A DNA stretch of 64,000 nucleotides. Origin: Lingula anatina (Eukaryota > Animalia > Brachiopoda). Positions 58,272 to 64,000 of this stretch are shown here, in pieces. Numbering within the stretch: the stretch's first letter is position 1; every line of letters starts with the position of its first letter. A program made the translations under genes and the position numbers. The DNA lies in contig CM120648.1 in NCBI GenBank assembly GCA_051362555.1, forward strand, positions 10,970,587-11,034,586. The letters are read 5' to 3'. The notes beneath the pieces were generated by a model. The model was not told where the DNA came from and ran no database searches. It saw nothing but the letters and a program-made list of their open reading frames with translations.

Positions 58272-60169
58272 CTCTGCCCTCAGCCACTGTATGGATAAGA
58301 TTCTTTGTATGGACAGTTAACAGTAACTTCTCGATCACAATATGTTTGGGAGAGCACCTCCTTTTTACTGCTCGCGTATAGAGCCCTTTCAGAAACTGGA
58401 GGTTGCTTGACCTCTTGTTGATACGCTGTGAAGTGCTCTTAGAACAAGTGCGTTAAATATACTGTTCACTATTAATATTCTGCCGCTAGATATTCATGTT
58501 TCTGCATATATTTTGTGGTATTTCAGGTAAGGTCGTTCATATATCTAGACGTAACCGAAATAAGACTAGATATGTTGCTTGTCAGATCCTTTACCTCTTG
58601 TAACATAAATTATTGTAGCAATAAGCAGTGTTTTTTTGCGAATTATGAAGCTCGATATTTATGTGCTAGATGTTTGCTGCATTTTAGGTGAGGTCTCTCA
58701 TATTTCTATAGAGAACTACAATTAGATCAGAAGGAACTTTGTTTTTTAGAACCTTTTGTACATGTGCGTCAAGGATATACAAAATAAGCAATATTCTCTT
58801 TTGAGAATACTTCCCCTCGATACTCGATTTGGAAGCTCGCTGTATAAATTTCAGAATTTGCGCTTCCTCTGCGCATTCCACTTGTTGAGTAAGGCGCTGT
58901 CCGTGAAGCACTTTATCTGAAAACAATCTCTCTTGAAAAACTGTGGTGAAAAATATGACTCATCACTACCATGAGAGAGAATTTCCGTTGCCGCCTCCAT
59001 ACTTAGGCCGGATTGATACGGTATATTGTTTATAGCTTTGCCGTAGATTTTCCCTTTTTCTCGGTTCATGAATCAAATCGGCACATTAATAAAATTTAAA
59101 AATTAAGATAGTGCGGCTTCATTTCTCCGCCTTATGGCCGTAAAGAAAATAACATTGAGAGTTCGTCTAGCAGTGGCTGCTGAGTTCTGGTGGCAATGTT
59201 GTGTCTTGTTGTGAAGCCCTGAAATCGCCAGGAAGACACCAGTGCTTATCGGAACAAGACGTGTCGTGAAGAAGTCTACAGTTTAAATTATGCATGCGTT
59301 TGACCATTTTAACAGCTGTCCAGTTGACCGCGTCAGCTGTGGGTCAACTCTGACATCCGTGACACGGATCTTTAGGTTGAATTTTGCTTCCATAAAATGT
59401 CGTCCAATAGAGACATCAGGTATTTCATATGAAATCCGCATTGTAGTTTTTCAGTATTATATCATGGGACAATTTTTAAACATTTTGACGTGGGCAGTAT
59501 CAGTGTGTAACGATCTAATGCAGTAGATTTTACCGTTTAACGTATATTAGGCGTTACGGACTAAGAGTATAGAAGCAGTGGGAAACATGCATAGAGGATG
59601 ATAAGATACTCAAAACTACTCACCTCTATTCTGATACCCGCTTTACAATGCAGTTAGAAGTAAAACGGACAGTTCCGTGTTTGTCGGTAGTTTTCTACAA
59701 GGCGTTTTATTGAATAACATGTTTGAGCTGTGTTTCACGCCACAGAACCAGCATAGGGCCTACCACAAATCCTCTTTCAAAAATATGCGGGTGCTTGTGT
59801 GAATTGATGGATATGAATGTATATATCTGTACGTTAAAGCTAGTGAGTGTTAATTAAATTATGAGAAATGCCACTTCCTTTTTTACTTTTTTGTGTTACT
59901 GGCAGGTTATTCTTTTTTTCTCTTTGCTCCCTTAATACATTTGGCCGACGAAATGAATTTATAGATTTTACCGTTTCACTGGGACTGTATATTGGGCGTT
60001 ACGGACTACAAAGATCTGCTTTTCACAATGGATATAATCATATCTAATTGTCAAATCTAAATTCCAGCTGGACATTTAACGTTGACCATCTGTACCAGAA
60101 TGGGTCGCCAGTGCCACACGTCGTCTGCATGCCAGTGCACGTGACTGTCACGTGCCGCTCCACGTCAAG

Positions 60170-61617
60170 ATGACGTCACATTTAATACCGTCATCTCGAA
60201 GCGTCGGAATATTTTGCGTGCTACTGAACTTCTTTTTTCTGTTCTATATTTGGATGTCGTTTACACCTGTTCAACACATGTTTAGATACAGTAAGTATTT
60301 CATATATGTATAACTAAATCTGGTTTGTACAGAGATATGTGTCTATTTTAGGACTTTAAGTTATAAGTTATTTACGAGTAAGTTATCTTTTGCAGTGGGA
60401 CTATATGACTTGTTGAGACATGCACAATAAGTGTTACACATCTAAACATCTGTGACAAATTCACATGTATAATGACCAATTCAACTAAAGCAATGATAAT
60501 ACGTTTGACTAAATACCTCGGGTTCTCTTTTGAGAAAAAATGAGCTTCATCGTTCCAATAGTGTTAATAATTAAGTTATTACATTTCTAAGGTATTTTCA
60601 GTTCACAAGAAAGTTGGATGAATTTTAGTTTTGTGTAATTGTAACTAATAATTTATACATACTTATTATTATTATTATTTTCTACATTTATACACCTGGC
60701 TCTGATGTAAAAGAGCGAATAAAAAATCATAATTATATTATTTTTTAAATGAAGGGCAAGACTTCATCAATTTCAGTCTGATATATGAATTCGTCTGATA
60801 TAAGCAGACACATTTGTTGACAGTATTTCAAGATATGAATTTTTGATAGTAAGAATTGTGATCAATATGTGGTCTTGAATGTTTGTTATTTTTTGCTGTG
60901 ATTGTTTTAAATATAAGAATGTTTTCGTATTTTTTCTTAGAAGCTGGCAAAGTGGAACCACAGGTAAATTTTTGAAGATAAATTGTTTGAGTTGATTGTC
61001 GTAATCTTTGTATAGATTAAAGGTTGACAAAAATAGAATTACACAACTAATTTTTGTCAAGTACATGTGTGGATCTAAAACTGCACTGTCCTAGATTCAG
61101 AGAAGTGCATTATATTAATTTGGCCGTGTTAGAAAATAAGTTCATCTGAATGTGTTATATAAAACTTAGTCTTATGCGATTCAATTTTTTTTCCATCCAA
61201 AAGAAAACGAGGTAAAAGATGTTTAAAAAACCTGTATGTGCAGAATTTTTTCTTCTGCTCTTCGCTGCACTGAGGAGGACTTCCTTTTGGTGGAAAAAAA
61301 TGGATCTAAGACTAAATTTGGCCATGTCTTTTTATTTTCTCAGCACGTAAACTGGAACGCCGTGCCAGTGGCCTGGCAAAGAGAAATCATGACCAGGAGA
61401 AATCACTTGACGACAATGTGCAAACGTCACAAAATGGCGGCGAATTACGACACCCTGGCAATACGCGACATTCTTACACCATTTCTATGGGTATGTTTTT
61501 GTGCGAAATCGTTATTTAATTTCAAACGCTTAGTATGGTTTATTTGGTTGTGTTGCTTTTAAAGAAATGGTCTGCGAAAAAAGGCCGCAATTAGAACCTA
61601 TGTGTAAAGATCACACA

Positions 61618-61654
<37 letters not shown>

Positions 61655-62803
61655 TGTGACCTCCACCAGGACTGCAGATTAATTATGAGCACTCTTCTCT
61701 TGTGCGAGAGATTTGTGTTACGAATTAGCCAGATACATAGTCGTGAATATCTAATGAAAAATCAATCTGTGATCCTGAGAGAAAGAGAGAGAGAGAGAGA
61801 AGAGGGTGAGAGAGATTATGGAAATAAGTAAAAATACGTGTTAATATTCATGTAGAGATTGGCAAAATGGGTTACTGGATAAACGCCAGCTTGAAAATAT
61901 ACATTGTAAACAACAACAACCAACTCTACACATAATTTTTTTCAAAACTTCATGTCATCATCCCAACCATCTACTACTGCTTTTGTCTTTACTTGGAAAT
62001 GTTTCAAATACAAAAAGAAATAATTCCGTAGTAATTGGAAACCTCGTTAATATAGGCAGATTATTTTTCAGGTGGACGACAGCCATGGTCTTATCTATTG
62101 TGAGGTCCCCAAGGTGGGTTGTACCAACATGATACGCCTAATGTACGCCCTTACGAGGAACGTAGACCCAAAATTATACCAGTCTCTAAACGGCGGTCTG
62201 GTACACGCCTCCTACAGGAAGTACCTGGTGCCTTTGTGGAAATTCTCCGACTACGGGATTAGGTTTCGTCTCGAGAACTATCTGAAAGTGATGTCTGTCC
62301 GGCATCCACTTGAGCGACTGGTGTCGGCATACCGGAGCAAATTAGAAAAAGGAAACAATAGATATTACTCCAGAACCGTTGGTCAAGCAATCGCACGGAA
62401 TTTCAAACTTAATGAGACGGTGGATGGGAGGAAAGTTTCTTTTATTCAGTTCGTAAGATTTTTAATTTTGACGTTGAAACAAGTGGACAAGTCGGTTGAC
62501 CGGCATTGGAGGACGTATGATAAATTATGTAATCCTTGTGACGTGAAATATGACGTCATTGGACATTACGAGACTCTAGATCGTGACATGAATATGGCGC
62601 TCAGAATGCTTGGTGCAGGAGATACGTTTCAGTATCCTACTTCCAACATGTCTGCAGTATCGTCTGCGGATGTTTGGAAGGCATATTACACAAATTCATC
62701 TTTGACTGAAATTGACACCTTATGGAAATTTTATGAAATGGATGGATTTTTGTTTAATTATACGCTGAATGAATTGACTTCAAGCCGGAAAAATACGCTA
62801 TGA
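60170..62803 (+). CDS. Golgi carbohydrate sulfotransferase (Sulfotransfer_2, CHST11-like), 4 exons 60170-60290, 60941-60963, 61344-61490, 62072-62803, ~340 aa
   Basis: Type II anchor VGIFCVLLNFFFLFYIWMSF, stem WQREIMTRRNHLTTMC, catalytic exon YCEVPKVGCTN, VRHPLERLVSAY, HWRTYDKLCNPC, YEMDGFLFNY. All junctions are GT-AG and in frame. The last exon is certain; upstream exons are inferred. Confidence 0.85.
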
Positions 62804-64000
62804 CGGTATTTTTAGGATTAAGAATTTTTAAGATTCTGTAATTATTTTTATTCAATTAGAACATTCTTTTTCTATTCGTTTGTCTAAAAATGCTACATGT
62901 TTGCATGGAAATTGCATTTCATTCTTTTAAAGATGATTTTCAACTCAGAAACTGGATAATCCCATGTACTTTTCCATGAATCTTGTGTACTAGCTGGTGG
63001 GCCAATATTACTACAGACATTATTTTTCAGTAATACTCCATTGTTGCAATTTTGATGCAGTTGATAAGAATATAATTGCCATTCCTTAATTTTTAGACAC
63101 CGACATGAGTCGAGGTATAATTTCAACCATCACCAGCAGATTGACGCTTTTTCGAACAAAGACAAACCCCCTCCCCCCGAAAAAGAGGGGGCTGATAAAG
63201 ATTTTATAGTCATTAACCTAACAAAAGCATTCCGTATGGATATTTTGTATCTTTATCATGTTTTGTAAGTTATGTTTTTGTTTGTTTGTTTTTTATACTA
63301 TTTGTACAAATGTATTTAATGATCTGAATCTTTAAGTAAGTCAAATAGTGTTTACCTTTGCAAAATATTCACTACAAAGACAAAGGATACCTTATTACAC
63401 TAGCTACTGTTACCAGTCGGTACCTTTAGGTTTAGAGACTGGTTTTCTTTCATTTGGAGACACATATGTATGAAATAAGTAAGATAAACAAATAAATTTG
63501 AATAACTACATGATGTTTAAGTAAATTGTACAAAGTAAACGCGTTCAAATATCCATTCCTCATTGCGAGACAAGTAATTGGATGAGCAAAATTTTAAACT
63601 ATCAAATGTTTTCAGTTACCAGTCTTATAGTTTATGAAATACTAAAGATAATTAGCCGAAAGATAGGAAAAAATGCCGTTTATTTCTCAAGTTCATAAAC
63701 CTATGTGCAGAAAACCTATGTGGAAAATATTCATGCAAGAAGCCTTTATCAGTGACAAGGTAGAAAGTTTTCATTTGATCAGATGCCCACCAACGAAGCT
63801 TGTGCGGCTCCTTGGTAACTCCGCGGTCTTGGGCACACGCAGACACTAAAACGTGGTGAAGTGAAATATCCTTTATTTTACGAAGGTGTAAACGAGGGAT
63901 CCTATTTTTTTTATCACAGGGGTCGCTACCTGCTGCAGGCTCTGGAAGTGATGTTCTTCAGTTTTGTATTCTGTGCTAGAGACCACTGTTTTATTGCAGG

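Noticed and set aside
58684-59069. Overlapping - strand ORFs resembling a frameshifted gene or transposase relic
   Set aside because: No motif recognised; would need a BLASTx/HMM search.

Overview
AT-rich, microsatellite-rich eukaryotic DNA from an invertebrate animal (phylum not determinable from the sequence alone). Five protein-coding loci were reconstructed by hand from splice signals and motifs. (1) The 5' three exons of a syndecan-like proteoglycan gene (- strand, 33313->1094, continuing off the left edge), which the ORF track misses. (2) A single-exon rhodopsin-class peptide-receptor-like GPCR (-) whose probable true glycosylated N-terminus sits in a different reading frame. (3) A complete 9-exon CYP2-clan cytochrome P450 (-). 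(4, 5) Two divergently oriented Golgi carbohydrate sulfotransferases (Sulfotransfer_2 / CHST11-like), one needing a 23-bp microexon. Non-coding DNA is packed with short palindromic non-autonomous DNA transposons: PIF/Harbinger-type with 3-bp TSDs, CAGG-ended elements with 5-bp TSDs, a TTAA/Kolobok-type element and a 3.2-kb Helentron-like (HINE) composite. The most notable oddities are the GPCR frameshift or dual start, copy-specific hypervariable terminal hexamers on otherwise conserved MITEs, and a sharp CpG-decay boundary at the syndecan first exon. No CRISPR, rRNA or tRNA was recognised, and no clearly new multi-gene system is supported.
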